DNA of 64,000 bases from the human T2T-CHM13v2.0 reference genome, Homo sapiens, in the NCBI RefSeq assembly GCF_009914755.1, contig NC_060926.1, one strand, 5' to 3'. Of this stretch, positions 23,301 through 40,811 are shown one piece after another (within the stretch, counting starts at the first letter, position 1; each line of letters starts with the position of its first letter). The position numbers and the translations under genes are program-made. The notes below the pieces were generated by a model that saw only the letters and a program-made list of their open reading frames with translations, ran no database searches and was not told the origin of the DNA.

Positions 23301-23858
23301 GGACAAACAGGAGTGGGTTAAGGAGAGATGGGAGATGAGAAGCTGACACCAGGACATGATGCTTTGAGCAAATGAGAGGACACATCCGGGGAGTTGTGGG
23401 GAGGGGGATGGGAACAAAGGAAACACGTTGGGGAAAATCTCTGGCAGAGAAGGAGAAAGCCTTCAAAAAGACGCAGTTGCGGGGACAGTGTTCTGCACAA
23501 GTGGGAGGGGATCAACTGCACTGATGGAGTTGGCTTTAGTGGGAAGAAAAGAACTCTCACACTGACACAGGAGGGCAAGTGGTATCAGTGAGCATCAGCA
23601 CATCACCAGCTTACCCGTAAAGGCAACAGGAAGTTGAGGGATTGTCTATGTTGTTTCCCTGTGGTCTAATTATTCCCATTGAGATTTGAACCCTGTTAGG
23701 ATACTGAGAGTGCAGAATTTGGGGGAAAGGGAACAGAATCTCTCTTAAGAACATGTCATGTTCAATATCCATTTTTGAAAACACAGTCCAGTTTGGAGAA
23801 CACTGCCAGATCTGATCTGCCTATCTGATAACCTTCAGACAGTAAATAAGCTCTGTTA

Positions 23859-24124
<266 letters not shown>

Positions 24125-24905
24125 AAAAGATTTCTTTTTGTCTTGATACAGAGTTCAAACAGCATATAGACATACTCTTCCACAGAGAACCCTTTGAGGT
24201 AACAGCAAATTACAGCTTACCTCTGAAATCTTTACTCAGCTGTTCACTTTGCTCAGTTCTTTGAAGGATGTTTGGTAGATGTAAGATAATTCATGAAATT
24301 GTCTCATAAACTGCTTGGCAGGTTTAGAGGAATACCAGGGGTCCAGAGACATCCTTTTGTCCATCTGTGTTCCTTGTGGAGGCACTGAATACGGGGAATA
24401 TTTTACAGCCTAAAGACCTGTCATGCTGCTCTGCACAGCAGCCACTGGGTGGCTCTCTTGACCAGCAGTTCTTCAAGCTAGTGCCACAAAAGGGTTAGTT
24501 ACTGTGAAAAGGAGAAGGTAAAAATGTGCTCAGTATTACTTGGGTTTTACATATTTGAGCATAATATAGCTACCTGTAAAATTACTATCTACCATGCAAG
24601 TATGATACATTGTACCTGGTAGGCACTCATTATTTATTGAACAACTCTATTATGGGTGTGGAGGTGATAAGAGTGCCTCTCTTGATGATGCTGTTTGCTG
24701 AGATGTCCAGTCATTCCTGTGACTGGGTGGGAAATGTATATGGGCAGAATAGGCAGCAGAAATATCTGACCTACAACTGTGATTTAGTGTCTTGCTTTGG
24801 CTGAGTAAGCAAAGTCTCTGTAGAACATAAGAATAAAAGGCACTTATTTTCTGGTCAAAAACAAAAGAAACTTGTCAGTCATGAATTCTTATCAAAGCAT
24901 TTCGG

Positions 24906-25198
24906 GGCCGGGCGCGGTGGCTTACGCCTGTAATCCCAACATTTTGGGAGGATCTGGTGGATCACCTGAGATCAGGAGTTCGAGACCAACCTGACCAAAA
25001 TGGAGAAACCCCGTCTCTACTGAAAATACAAAAATTAGCTGGGCATGGTGGCGCATGCCTGTAATCCCACCTAGTCGGGAGGCCGAGGCAGGAGAATCAC
25101 TTGAACCTGGGAGGCGGAGGTTCTGTGAGCCGAGATCGCACCATTGCACTACAGCCTGGGCAACAAGAGTGAAACTCCGTCTCAAAAAAAAAAAAAAA
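24906..25198 (+). mobile_element. AluSp-like, ending ~55 nt before the exon 8 acceptor
   Basis: Alu consensus; TSD cttatcaaagcattt. Confidence 0.93.
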
Positions 25199-25254
25199 GC
25201 TTATCAAAGCATTTAAACTGAACTAAAATCAAAGACCAGTGCTCTATTTTACAG

Positions 25255-25421
25255 GTTTACTTAGAAAGGCTTTTAACTTATGCTGAAATCGACATTTGTC
25301 CCACCAACTGGAAAAGGATTGTTCTGGGAGCCATTCTTCTTGCCTCCAAGGTTTGGGACGATCAGGCTGTATGGAATGTGGACTACTGCCAGATCCTCAA
25401 GGACATTACAGTTGAGGACAT
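25255..25421 (+). CDS. CCNYL1: CCNYL1 exon 8 (167 nt; [56 protein letters not shown])
   Basis: ttttacAG acceptor; GTGAGT donor at 25422; conserved LLASKVWDD cyclin-fold motif. Confidence 0.97.
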
Positions 25422-25736
25422 GTGAGTTTGTAAGGTTTTGGTGAACTTTCTAACCATTTTCCAGTATCTTATTCCTATAAAGTTAACAATTTAAGGAATA
25501 TTTTTAAAGGTTACATTATGCAGATAATGGAAATAGGCATAAGACTATATCTGTCTATCTTTAGTATAACAGTTCACAATAGAGCAAGACTGTCTCAAAA
25601 AAAAAAAAACTAACTTCATATTTTCCATCATTACTTGGTAGGTTTTGATGTGTAATAATCTGCTTGATAAATTGAAAAATATTTTTTGGGTGGTTTTTGG
25701 CAAAAATCTTACAAGTATACTACCAGAACAACATAG

Positions 25737-26065
<329 letters not shown>

Positions 26066-29000
26066 TCTTTATGGCTTTTAAAAAGTTATCTGCCAGTTCA
26101 AGCTCCTTTCTCTTTTTCATTCATTCATTCATTCATTCATTTATATCTTTTCATGTGACCAGTAGGGTATAAACAGCCCTTAAAGGGCATATGTCTGGCC
26201 TTTGAAATAATTGTTTGGCCACTATTAGGTCTTAGGGCCTCTGGACTATTGAGAAGTTACGTAGCTTCAACCTGAGTCACACATTGTATATTTGCTTTTG
26301 CTAGTCTTTCCACATTTTATCTGAAGGTCTGTTTTTACAGAAGCCTTGAGATATGAAGATCCCTGTGCCCCTGACCCCTCCCCATTAGGAGTGTTTTTTG
26401 TATTTAGAAATTGGTCTCCTGAGTTAGGAAGCTCCAGCGTTCCCCTCAGGCGGTCTGAGAAGCACTGCTGGGGCATCATCCAACGCTCACCACACTCGAG
26501 AGGCTCCCTGGGCACTCGGACAACCACAGCACCACTTTGGGGGCCTTGAGTTACCTATGAGAGTGCAAGGATCCTTGCTGAGTCATGGAGTTCCTCACAG
26601 ATGGCACCAATATGACCCTGAAACAGCAGCTTCATCAGGGTTCCTTCCAGGCTGGCCTCGTGTCGGCCGTGAAGGGAAGGGCCTTGGAGCTTGGTAGGCA
26701 GGCTGAGCCAGGGAGGCATTTCCAGCAAAGGCTCTCAGGGTGCCCACCAGACAGTGAGAATGGCTTTGTGGGTGGCATTTAGAAAAATATGAAGGAGCAC
26801 CTCTTGATGATGTTGAGCAGCAGAGGAAGATCAAGGTCATGACAGGCAGTGGCAAGAGTTTGTTTTTATTGCCTTTGCCCATTACTCCATATGACTGTCA
26901 TTCAGAATTACCATACCATATATTCACAACTGAAGTGAGGATACTTGTGACTAAAAAGGAACCAGTAATTGTGGTAGCTGTTGAAGTGGCTTCTGGTGAA
27001 GTTGACCACTTTACTGTTTACCGAACAGCCCTAGTGATATTGCTGGTAGCCGTTTTAGCAAAGGGTGTGACAGCAAATGAATTTGAAACAAATGGAAGTA
27101 CTTTTGGAAATTGCAGAAACTAAAGTGACTTTGATCACTGCTGTCATCCGTCTGCAAACTGGTTTCTTGAAGGAAGCAAAATTTATTATTATGAACACTT
27201 AGCCCTACCATGATGGCAGCTAAAATGTTCTCAAAACCTGCAACTGAACTGACTGGTGCTCTAGTTCAAGATACAGTATCAGAGAACCTGCAGGGAAATG
27301 TGCAGGTTTCTACAGATGTAAGCTTCAGGAGCAGTGGTGGCAGGGGCCAGCTCCAAGAAGACCAGTTCTAAATAGTGCTGTTTGTGTATGCCCAGGGAAG
27401 CACCAGGAGCTATGCTACAAACAGGCTGCTTTTGTTTATGATCTTTGGAAAGCATTTCAACAAACTGTTTAATATACATTTGTCTCATCCCCCTGCTGTT
27501 GACTATTTGTAGTGGTCTCATTTTGAGTCTAAATTGAAACAATTTTAAATTGGTGTCTATCAGGTTTTTCTTAAAAATTTTCAACAGCTACATGTCCTGT
27601 TAGAATATATTTCCCTTTAAAAGAATAAGTTAAACTGAGCAGCTGCTATTCAGACGGTTTGCTGTGCCTGTAAAGGGTATGCTATTCAGCCACCTAGCCA
27701 TTTAAAAAAAAACAAAAAACCTAGAAGATGCATATTCTGTAAGCATAATGCTTTTCTTCAGTGATTAAACCTCTATTAATATGTGTGTTAATCCTATGAA
27801 GTACTATATTTCTACACAGTTAAAATGTATTAGTGGAAAAAATATAAAAGGGATTGTGAAGTGCATTTATTGCTGTAGTAAATTAAGTCCTGGTTAGCTG
27901 ATTATCAAAACATTATCTGATTTACATTTCTATAGGCTTATGGACATATGAACAGGAAATTAATTTTGGAAGTAGGTTCAGTTGGGTTTTTAAGCTCAGC
28001 AAATGAGAAAACCACATCTCTGCTCATATTAACTGCTCTCCATACAGGAGATCATCAAGCATTTGTTGACTTACCCAGTGGATAAAATATTAAAACTTCG
28101 AAACCAAGAAACCAAATATGTTGTTTAGGTATTTATCATTTTTATACAGTTAACTCCTTATAGGGATTACTGTGAAAGTGGTTAAGATTTTCTCTAGTTT
28201 TATGTTTATTTGCTTAAGCATTTGGCAAGGGCAGCTGTGTGGTCATGTAGCCGACTACTACTCCCAGCCCTTTCCTCTCCCATTGCATTCAGCTCACTCC
28301 TACATTCTGTTCTGACCAGGACGGTAGATACTGAGCACCTCAGGGTTTCATTCCCAACTCAGAAGAAACACTGAGTTTTTAAGTCCAGTGACCTACCATA
28401 AGTCATATCATAAAATGGGTTTAGTCTAGCCAAGACATCCACCTTTGATCTTTCTGCCTTCCAAAGTTTAAAGAGTATCCTCACCCTGTCATAGTGACAA
28501 TTTCTCACCTTCATAATATTAAAGTGAGCAGAAACTTGCATTATGCCCTTTGACATAGCCTCATGCGCCGGGACAGGGGGAGGGGATTCCCTTCCCCTGT
28601 AATGTAGCTTGCTTATTTATTTATTTGAGATGAATCCTTGTTGCCTCAAGAGTTTTTCCCCCTCAGAGATAATAGCAGTGGCTCTTGATGGATCCATTTG
28701 TTGCCGTGGTGATATGCCTACTCCTTTTGTTGGTGCTTCTCTACTTCAATAAGCCCCTTCCTGTTATCAGCCTGGTGAAAATGTCTGCAAGTTCTTCAGA
28801 GCTAATAAACAGCATACATCATTCCTTTCATCTGATCACTATAGTGGGGCCTTGTGAGTGAGCGTGAAGTATGAATTGTACAGCTGCACTAATGGAACTC
28901 TGAAGAATGAGGCCCGAGTCAGCAGCACAAGTGCATCGGAGGCCGTAACCTTCAACCTTCATCCCAGTTCCAGAGTGCTGGGATGCAGAAGGGACCACAA

Positions 29001-29123
29001 GTAACTGTACCTTATGTGAACATTAGTATGTTAATACAACTGGGTAGCCTATATTTTAAAATAGAGTTTAGAGCCATTCTAGTCTCTTAGAATGATATTT
29101 TTGAAGATAGCCCAGTTGACTGA

Positions 29124-29336
<213 letters not shown>

Positions 29337-29611
29337 TGAAGTCACTAAGTGAGGTTTTCCATCAGCCACCAAAGCCAACATCTGTGACTAAATCATATTA
29401 AGTAGTGATTAGGAAAATGGAAAGCTTTAAAATTAACTAACACTGAAGAGCTTATTAGCCCTTTGGCGTCAGATTTCCTGTGTCTTGTATGGTTTATACA
29501 AGGATCAACATTATTTAAAAATTATACATCTTAACTCTTCTGTGACCATAATTCAGAATATTTTAAATCAAATTTAATCTGTTGTTAATGAGGTTTCCTT
29601 TTGAACTTCTA

Positions 29612-31259
<1,648 letters not shown>

Positions 31260-31798
31260 AATAATATGTATTTCTACCATAATTAACGTGCATGTGAAGT
31301 AATACCTTTTGGCGCGTCAGTCATCAGACCGCTCATATGTTCCAGTATAGTCCAGCACACACCTGCCTCATTAAAATGTGCTTTGAGTATATAATAGCTA
31401 ATAAGGATTGGGTAGAATTTGAATAGCTGAATAAACATTTTTTTGCACAAGTGTACGTTTGTTATATTTAAGGAATAAGTTAACAGATAACAGATGCTAT
31501 TGCTGTTAGGAGCCCTATCACAATACCTTTGATATCTTTGGGAATCCAGTTTTTTAATAATATAATAAATTCCCCTTTGTTCTCTGGGAATCTAACCATA
31601 GCCCTTAAAGGATATTACCTTGGTGAACTGTCAGGAAGTAGTGTCCCCACAACCTGGCAGTGTAAAACTCAGCCAAAGTAGCTGTAACTGTGAACTATCT
31701 AAAGGAGTCCACATGTGTGGCTTTCACAATGGTGCTCTTTCAAAGGCGGGAACCCTTTTTAAAATTGTACCTGTTTTCTATTTGATTGACTTTCCTAG

Positions 31799-31909
31799 GC
31801 TATTTCTAGATTGTGTGAAGACAAAGACTTGTGTAGAGCCGCTATGAGAAGGTCTTTCAGTGCTGATAACTTCATTGGTATTCAGCGCTCTAAAGCCATC
31901 CTCTCTTAA
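31799..31909 (+). CDS. CCNYL1: CCNYL1 last coding exon 10 (AISRLCEDKDLCRAAMRRSFSADNFIGIQRSKAILS*)
   Basis: tttcctAG acceptor; TAA at 31907-31909; RRSFSAD resembles the 14-3-3-binding phosphosite of cyclin Y. Exons 2-10 total 860 nt, consistent with a 359-aa protein if exon 1 contributes 220 coding nt. Confidence 0.96.
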   Translation, partial: AISRLCEDKDLCRAAMRRSFSADNFIGIQRSKAILS

Positions 31910-32658
31910 AAGGAGAAATGAGGGGTTATAACGTCATGGGACCTTCATCTACAAAGACTGGAGAAATACCACCTTTCCTGCTCAAAAACCAGCAAAATTA
32001 GTGTTTTCATCAAAAGGAAAGATCTCAAATTCAAGAGACTCATGGACAACAAGGATTATACTCCACAGGAAAGAATGGGACCTTGTCAATGCAACAAAAC
32101 ACTCTTCTGTCCTTTTTAATGTAAACAGAGTTACAAAAACCACTCCAAAGTGAAGGCTCCCATCCTACACACAGATATTTGCTTACTGTGTGGGCCGATA
32201 GCTGTGAACTATGTAAGGTTTTTTAAACAATAGTTTAAATTTTTAGACTTTAAAGACACTAACCATATAACTTTTATGTTTCTTCCAGTTTCTCTCCCTC
32301 CCCCCGCATTTTGCTGCATATGCCTTTAAAATCAATGCAGTATTACCATTAAAACATGGGACTCTAACTAAAGCCACTTAGGAGCAGACAGCAGCGTTGT
32401 TAGGTACTGAAGGGTTCTTCCTCCCTACTGTTAACCATTGAAGCTGCTAGTCATTGGCAATCATTTTAAACCAAAAAGCTGCTGGATAACATTTGTCATT
32501 CATATTCTTTGCAAGCATTACTTTAGCATTTTAGCATGTTTGGGGTCATAAACAGAGGAAGTATCAGTTATTGATATCTACTTCTATTGGAGTCCATGTT
32601 GCATTTCTTGTGAACTATAAATGGTGCTTCTCATTTTCTGATAATTTTTCTCTTGCTA

Positions 32659-32673
32659 AATAAATGTATTAAA
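32659..32673 (+). terminator. Candidate proximal poly(A) signal of CCNYL1 (AATAAA + ATTAAA)
   Basis: AATAAA 32659-32664 and ATTAAA 32668-32673; usage inferred, not shown. Confidence 0.45.
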
Positions 32674-32821
32674 AGATATTTTCATAATGCCAACCAACAT
32701 GGTGGTTCAGTGACGATGAGAAAAAGTGAAGCAGTTTTAAGCTTGAATATAGTTTGGGCCCTCCAAGGCACTGCAGCATGAGTATAAATGCTATAAACCT
32801 TTAAAAAACATGATTTGAAAG

Positions 32822-33008
32822 TTTTTTGTTTTGTTTTGTTTGTTTTTAAAGAGATGGGGGTCTTACTGCGTTGTCCAGGCTGGAGTGCAGTGGCTTTTCA
32901 CAGGTGCAATCATTGTGCACTCACTGCAGCCTAGAACTTCCTGGTCTCAAGCCATCCTCTAGCCTCAGCCACACAAGTAGCTGGGACTACAAGTGCAACT
33001 GGCACCTG
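32822..33008 (-). mobile_element. FAM (fossil Alu monomer), antisense
   Basis: Monomer retaining the 7SL-like segment gtggcttttcacaggtgcaatc. Confidence 0.75.
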
Positions 33009-33018
33009 TCTCCTGAAT

Positions 33019-33093
33019 ATTAAGCTTTTAATTTTTTGTTTCGGTCACTCTTGATAGCAGACATTGACTGAAACAAAAAATTAAAAGCTTTAT
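33019..33093 (+). ncRNA. MIR4775: pre-miRNA hairpin MIR4775 in the CCNYL1 3' UTR
   Basis: Long near-perfect stem (aagcttttaattttttgtttcggtca / tgactgaaacaaaaaattaaaagctt); 33028-33049 TTAATTTTTTGTTTCGGTCACT matches my recollection of mature hsa-miR-4775. Confidence 0.85.
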
Positions 33094-33098
33094 ATTCA

Positions 33099-33290
<192 letters not shown>

Positions 33291-33308
33291 TTAAATGCAA
33301 AAGAAATG

Positions 33309-33610
<302 letters not shown>

Positions 33611-34363
33611 ATGTTCAGACAAGGTTTTGTAAAGGTTTGTAGCATTTATATTTCTACAAGTATCAAAGCTTAAAATTACACTGAACTTTTGGAATACCTT
33701 GTATCTCCATAAAATGCCCTCTTTTTAAAAGTAGTTACCCGCAGAGCTGTGCTCTATATGCTTTGATTACCGCAGTTTCTTTAAAGGAAGATTTTGAAGA
33801 GCAGTGTTAATTAACATGTAATAAAAGGAATTGGACCCTAATTATAGAAGGTGATATGAACAGCTGTTTTATCATCCTACATGCTACCAAGCTGTAGGTG
33901 TCCCATTAAGTCCTGCTATTTAAGAAATACTTACATAACCCTTAGGAACTCTTCAGGCTTTAAAAGGCAAGGAGCAAATAATTTTAGGAGACCGATAATG
34001 TCACCTAAATTTGAAATACTAAGAAGAGGTTAGTGTTCTCAACTATGTGAAATCTGTTTCTCCTACTTTCTCAAATCTAATCCTAGGAATCTTGCTTATA
34101 AACAAAGCATTTCTGGGACAGGAGTACTTCCTCTATTATAGCAATGCTTCACATCATATTGTGCTGCAGTTTCCATCATTTTTAAAGGACAGAGACATAA
34201 ATGATAAATAATGGTATACAAATATTACAATCTACCACCTCAAAAAAACAAATATTGTTTATGGAATTCAGAGTTTGGAGATTCAAGTATTGATTGCAGT
34301 TTTATTTTGAAAAGAATGCTACAATTTATGTGGTTTTTATTTCTCATGTTTATATTAAAAGCT

Positions 34364-34369
34364 AATAAA
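34364..34369 (+). terminator. Main poly(A) signal of CCNYL1
   Basis: AATAAA in a U-rich context with a downstream GU-rich element. Confidence 0.7.
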
Positions 34370-35031
34370 CTCTATTTTAATTAAAATATGGCTAGTGTGT
34401 TTGTAACACTTCTATCCACATAGTGTTACATCTCTGCCCAGCCTAGTTTTAAGTCAATCCTGATATGTCTTAAAGCATTTTCAAACCAACCATAAGTTGA
34501 TTTGATCCATGCCTCTAGTTAAGATGTAGTGATCCATTTCTTTTGCATATGCTCTTTTCAACCTGAAGATAATTTATTACACTTAAAATCACTGACCACA
34601 ATACTTAATGGCATAGTGCATTAGATGGCATCTTGAATAGTTGGTTATCGTGTCTGAGAGGGAAAAGCACATTAGAATATAAAATTAAGCAAAATGTATC
34701 AAAGAGAAAGGAATTAAAGGAATAGCGTAGAATTAGAACAAGAGGTATTTGAGGTTTTCAGACAAACAGGAAAGAGAATGGAAAGACAGGAACTAGAATT
34801 TGTGTTGCTGTTGAGAGGATGTCTTAAGCCACATAATTTGACTTTAATGTGCTATTTTCAAGCTTACATTTCAGTTAAAAATATACCAAGTCACTATTAG
34901 GTTTCTTTAGAACTAAGAGTCTAGCCACTCAGCTTTAGCAATTCTCAATAAATCCTGATAGCATTGCAATATTTTCATCCACTTTAATTCTTCATTACCT
35001 AAAGTCAAATATTTAAGTAAATGATCACAGT

Positions 35032-35595
35032 CAGGCACGGTGGCTCACGCCCGTAATCCCAGCACTTTGGGAGCCCAAGGTGGGTCGATCACTTGAGGCC
35101 AAGAGTTTGAGACCATCCTGGCCAACATGGTGAAACCTCGTCTTTATTGAAATTACAAAAAAAGACGGTGCAGTGGCTCACGCCTGTAATCACAACACAT
35201 GAGGTCGGGAGTCTGGCCAACATGGTAAACCTCGTCTCTATTTAAAAAAAAAAAAAAAAAAAAAGCCAGGTGTGATGATGCACGCCTGTAATCCCAGCTA
35301 CTCGGGAGGCTGAGGCAGGCGAATCCCTTAACTCTGGAGGCGGAAGTTGCAGTGAGCCAAGATGACGTCACTGCACTCCAGCCTGGGCGACACTGCAACT
35401 CCGGCTCAAAAGAAATAAAATTAGAAAAACGTTAGTGGGACGTGGTGGCACACGCCTGTAATCCTAGCTACTCAGGAGGCTGAGGCACAAGAATCGCTTG
35501 AACCCAGGAGGCAGAGTGCAGTGAGCCGCGATTGCGCACCACTGTACTCCAGCCTGAGCGACAGCATGAGACTGTGTCTCAAAAAAACAAAAACT
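35032..35595 (+). mobile_element. Nested/compound Alu
   Basis: Left arm, a deleted Alu inserted in the linker, then right arm. Confidence 0.85.
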
Positions 35596-36675
35596 AACTG
35601 ATCACTGTGTCTTGATAAGTTGCCGACTAGGATAAAAGATCTAACTTAGGAAAAAAATCTATCATACGTCACTTTATAAGATGGTTTGCACCCTGTGATA
35701 TGCCAGTTATAAGCAGAAATGCTGACACATTTGGCCAAAGGTTTAAAAGTTGGGAGAGGGACATTGGACATGAATCTGTGACTTGAAGAACAAGTTGGTA
35801 AAATAAGTATCACTAAGCTGCTCTCTTCCTTTGACTTTTAATTCTAGAAGGCAATACAGCGACTTTGATAAATGGGAAATTGGGTCAGTTGAGGAAAAGA
35901 GTATAAATGTCACTGAAAAGCGGGTAGGTTCTCTGACAAATGGGGCATGGAAACCAAGTTGCTAGTGGGGTGGTAACTATGGCATTTTTCTCAAGAGTTC
36001 TATACCTAGGGAAGATTCGTTCCCTAACATGAGACTTTAAAAAAGGGCTGATTACCTGGACTCAAATTTATTTTCATTTGTAGGTTTTTTTTAACTACTA
36101 TAATACAGACCCCAATAGAATATTAACTTTGGTATATTGTGAATTGAACTTTCACATTTTCATTACAAGACAGAATACCTGAAACATATTTGATAGGAGT
36201 CTGGGGGTGAAGAGTTAAGAAAATGAAAGATATATTTGAACCAAATTGCCATTTTTATAGGCCTTTTGGTTGCCTTTTGGCAATTTCATATGTTTCATCC
36301 TAAAATGACCACTTAGGGCTCAGTGTTTCTGGTTAAAGAGAAATTTTATCCTGGCCCTTTATTTTACATTTCCTCTTTATGTAATCCATATGTCTATACA
36401 TGATTGAAATCCAACAGCACTAAATCCTGGCTTTACAACAGCTCAAGGTTCATTTCTTGGTCTAGTTTTCCTGCATTTCTAAGTATACCTTGATTTTTTT
36501 TAAGCCAAAGCCAATTTTAACCAGAAAACAAAATCAGTCTTGATTCTGTGTTCAGGCTCTGCAGTATTTCTGGGAACTAGTTTAGCTACAGTATGCAGGT
36601 TAACTAGAATCTTTCATCACCCAGCCTTTCTCCCTAACTACGTTTAAGATAGCTATGACAGACTCTCAAGCAGGC

Positions 36676-37178
<503 letters not shown>

Positions 37179-37659
37179 TCAAGCAGGCTTACTGAGTATA
37201 GTACTACTTGGAAAAGCACTTGACAGCTGGCAGAGAAATCTCCCAGATAAGTGCTAGTTTCTATGCAGAAACTGTAGATTACACCCAGCATCTCTCAACA
37301 GATTAAGGATTGTATTACCTTAAAGTCTAATTTCTGCCTACTTACCCATCTGGTGGACCTGGCTGGGGCTGACTGACATTGTGCCAGCAAGCAATACCTA
37401 GCAGCCCTTCTTCAGTGAAGCCTGCTCCCCTAGTATACAGGAGCAATCTGTTTGGTTTCTAAGGCAATTTCCATCTAAACTATTTGGCAAGTGGGAGAAC
37501 GTGCACTTAAATGTGAAATTTTAAGAGTGTTAGTTTGTGGTTTAGGATATCTAGGGTGCAGGAAGAACAACTAACTATGAAAGTGAAATGGTATAGAAAT
37601 TAAGAGGAATCCCGAGTCCAGTGAAAAAAGGTTAACAGTCTTTAAAAACGGACAGGTTT

Positions 37660-37886
37660 AGCCAGGCGCCGTGGCTCACGCCTGTAATCCTAGCACTTTG
37701 GGAGGCTGAGGCGGGTGGATCACCTAAGGTCAAGAGTTCGGGACCAGCCTGGCCAACATGGTGAAACCCCGTCTCTACTAAAAATACAAAAATTAGCCTG
37801 ACATGGTGGCACGTGCCTGTAATCTCAGCTACGCAAGAGGCTGAGGCAAGAGCGAAACTCCATCTCAAAAAAAAAAAAAAAAAAAA
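37660..37886 (+). mobile_element. Alu with right-arm internal deletion
   Basis: gaggctgaggca joined directly to agagcgaaactcc; TSD ggacaggttt. Confidence 0.88.
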
Positions 37887-38744
37887 GGGACAGGTTTGGT
37901 GATTATTATAACTGCTGTAAGGGAGCAAAGCAATTGGAATGTGATTAGGAAAATTCAGTAATGGTCCCAGAACCTAAGGTCTTCAATGAGCTATCAGTAG
38001 TATCTACTTCAAAAGACCTCAAAAGATTCCCAAATTAGACTGTTAGCTTTACGGAAAAAAAGAAAATCTGTTGCTTTGTCTTCTTAACCTCAATTCTACA
38101 AATGTTTACCTGCCACCCCCTAGCTGGTGGCTCCTGTGTCTCCTCGGCATGAGAACTGCCTCTGACAAAGGAGGAGCTTCAAGTGTTTTACACACCTGGT
38201 CTTCCACCTGCTCCTTCACTCTTAGGTGAAGATCCTTAGGACCCTCCCTCAACAAAATCATCCCAGCCTCACCCTGACCCAATGTGGCAATGCTTGATGT
38301 TGGTCACTGTGACCCACTGCCAAAGCATTAGCATCAGGTTCCAGGACATGCAGGTGTCATGAGGCTCACAGGCTAACAGGCCTCTTGTAATTCCCCTTCA
38401 TCACCTATTTGAGCCCACCTGTGTTCCCCAAAGCAGCTGTTCCCAACTTACTGCACTTACCCGATCTCCTGACCTGCTCACAACCCTAGTCATGTATCCT
38501 CAATCTAGGCTGTGGACTAAGTGGCAACTGCACCTTCCAAAATCTACTATTTCCTCTGGCATTAGATGCCTTCTTTAAAGTAACCCTCCTCATCTAGTGG
38601 AGGGGATTCTATCTCTAACTCTAAAATCAACCTTCTATATCCACCCTCCACTACTTTATTCCCTTCTGCTTTAAAATTGCATTCATCTCCCCAGTTTGGG
38701 GATGCAGCAATTTTTGTCCAGTTCTTTAAATGTCCCAGTGATTC

Positions 38745-39150
38745 TCACAATGTGGTCCCCAACCCACCTGCCTCTCATCAGCTGAAAGTGCCTGTGAAAA
38801 ACAAAGCTTCTCTAAAGGCAGTGTGGTGTCCTGCACTGGATCCTGGAACAGATAAAGAACATTAGTGGAAAATCTGATGAAGTCTGCAGTTGATAGTAAT
38901 GTGCCAACATTGACTGCTTAGTTTTAACAAATGTTAACGTTGGGAAATGAGTAAGGGGCATACAGAAACTGATTTTGGCAACTTTTGGTAAATCTAAAAT
39001 TATTCCAAAATTAAAAGCTTATTTTTTTAAAAAAAAAATAGCTTACTGCGCCCCAGAGCTACTGAATCTCAATTCCTGGGGCTGAGATCTGGGAATTGAC
39101 ATTTTTAACATGAATCTCAAATGATTCTTACGCAAATACAAATTTGAAAA
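38745..39150 (+). mobile_element. MER5-like element interrupted by an old L1M 3' end (~38820-39035)
   Basis: L1M 3' motifs (tggatcctggaacag...gcaacttt...aaattattccaaaat); MER5 motifs on both sides. Confidence 0.55.
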
Positions 39151-39512
39151 CCTAATCTCTCCATCTCCTTTCATTCCATGTCTGAACAGCGGCTTCCCCC
39201 ATTGTTTTACTTACCTTAACTTTGCCTTAATCTGAGTCAATCCTTTAAATCTTTTTAACCCTAAAATATAAGTCTCCCTTTTCACAAATGAGAAAACTGA
39301 AATACCCAGAGGTTGTGTCCAGGATCACATGGCACATAAGTGGTGGAGCTGGGATTTTAATTCCTATTAAGTCTGGCTCCCAAATCCATGCTCATAACCA
39401 CTCTGCCTCTCAACCCTGTTACCATCCATAGACAAGCTAACGAGCTGTGTAACTAAATCACTAAAAGAACCATTGTTACCAGTATTACCCTGGGCCCACC
39501 TATTTCTGCAAC

Positions 39513-39818
<306 letters not shown>

Positions 39819-40026
39819 TAAGCCCAACAGTCCCTCTCTCTGTTCCAGCTTGTGACTTTGCCCTTTGCCCCCTTTTCCAATGGGGAAAAATGAGTGACAA
39901 GAAAGCATGGGGAAGATGTGCTAACTACTGTGTCCCGGACATGTAAGGTACAGTTGCTCTTCTCTTAGGATTCAACTCAACTATATTTTCTAGTCTGCCT
40001 CTCCTAACTACCTTATGCATCAATGT

Positions 40027-40032
40027 AATAAA
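40027..40032 (+). terminator. Candidate far-distal poly(A) signal for an extended CCNYL1 transcript
   Basis: AATAAA preceded by TGTA; last + strand AATAAA I noted before the FZD5 3' end. Confidence 0.35.
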
Positions 40033-40811
40033 CTTCCTAGTGTTCACCTTGACATTGAATTACACACTCTCATAATGCTAACTTCTTACTGGATTTATGT
40101 TGTCTCCTACAAATATTTTAAGCTAATTACCCATGTTCTCCCACATACTTATGTCTCAGAGCGTTGGTGGAGAACACTGACATCCCAGGCATTAAAATGA
40201 GGTGGTGTTTGGTAGATGGTGGCTAATCTGCATTTTGCCAAAGCAGCATCAGTAGGTGGTCCAACAATAGTATCTCAGGCTTACTAAGCATCTGTCCAGA
40301 TAACAGGGAAGAGCCAGCTCAGTCAGTGTTACTGTCTCTTCTGGGCTCCCTGACTTGTATTTAGAGCGCAATACCAAGTTGCAGATCCAACTGCTGGATG
40401 ACAAAGTTTTGGGAGTTCCTGCCCTCCAACCGGACGCACAAAACAGCATCATCTCTAATCAAATTGGTTCAGTGTAAATGGAGGGTTTATAAAATAGAAC
40501 GCAATCTCAGGCAAAGTCTCTGTTCTTCCACGTATCTGCCTTCATCAAGTGACTCATGAGACAATCACAGGATCGGCAGGAGTGAGACCTAGGAAAGATA
40601 TTCAAGTAAAACATGTTTCTTAACTAGTTCTGTTTCTGGTGATTGGAATTTGCTTGATTTTACTTACTAATACAATTTTTGCTGCTTATATTTTAAGTAC
40701 ATCTGAAAAACCTGATTATGAAGTTAGAATCCGTATTATCTCCTCGAATACTCTTAGAAAGCAATGTCTCTCTATAAAAACATGAGGAGAAAAAGACTTC
40801 TACAGCATCTT

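Noticed and set aside
28574-28599. Short G/C inverted repeat cagggggaggggattcccttcccctg
   Set aside because: Short and imperfect; expected by chance in purine/pyrimidine-skewed sequence
38110-38602. CTCF-like motifs between the two convergent genes
   Set aside because: Only partial matches (key GGC(G/A)C end missing); cannot be supported without ChIP data
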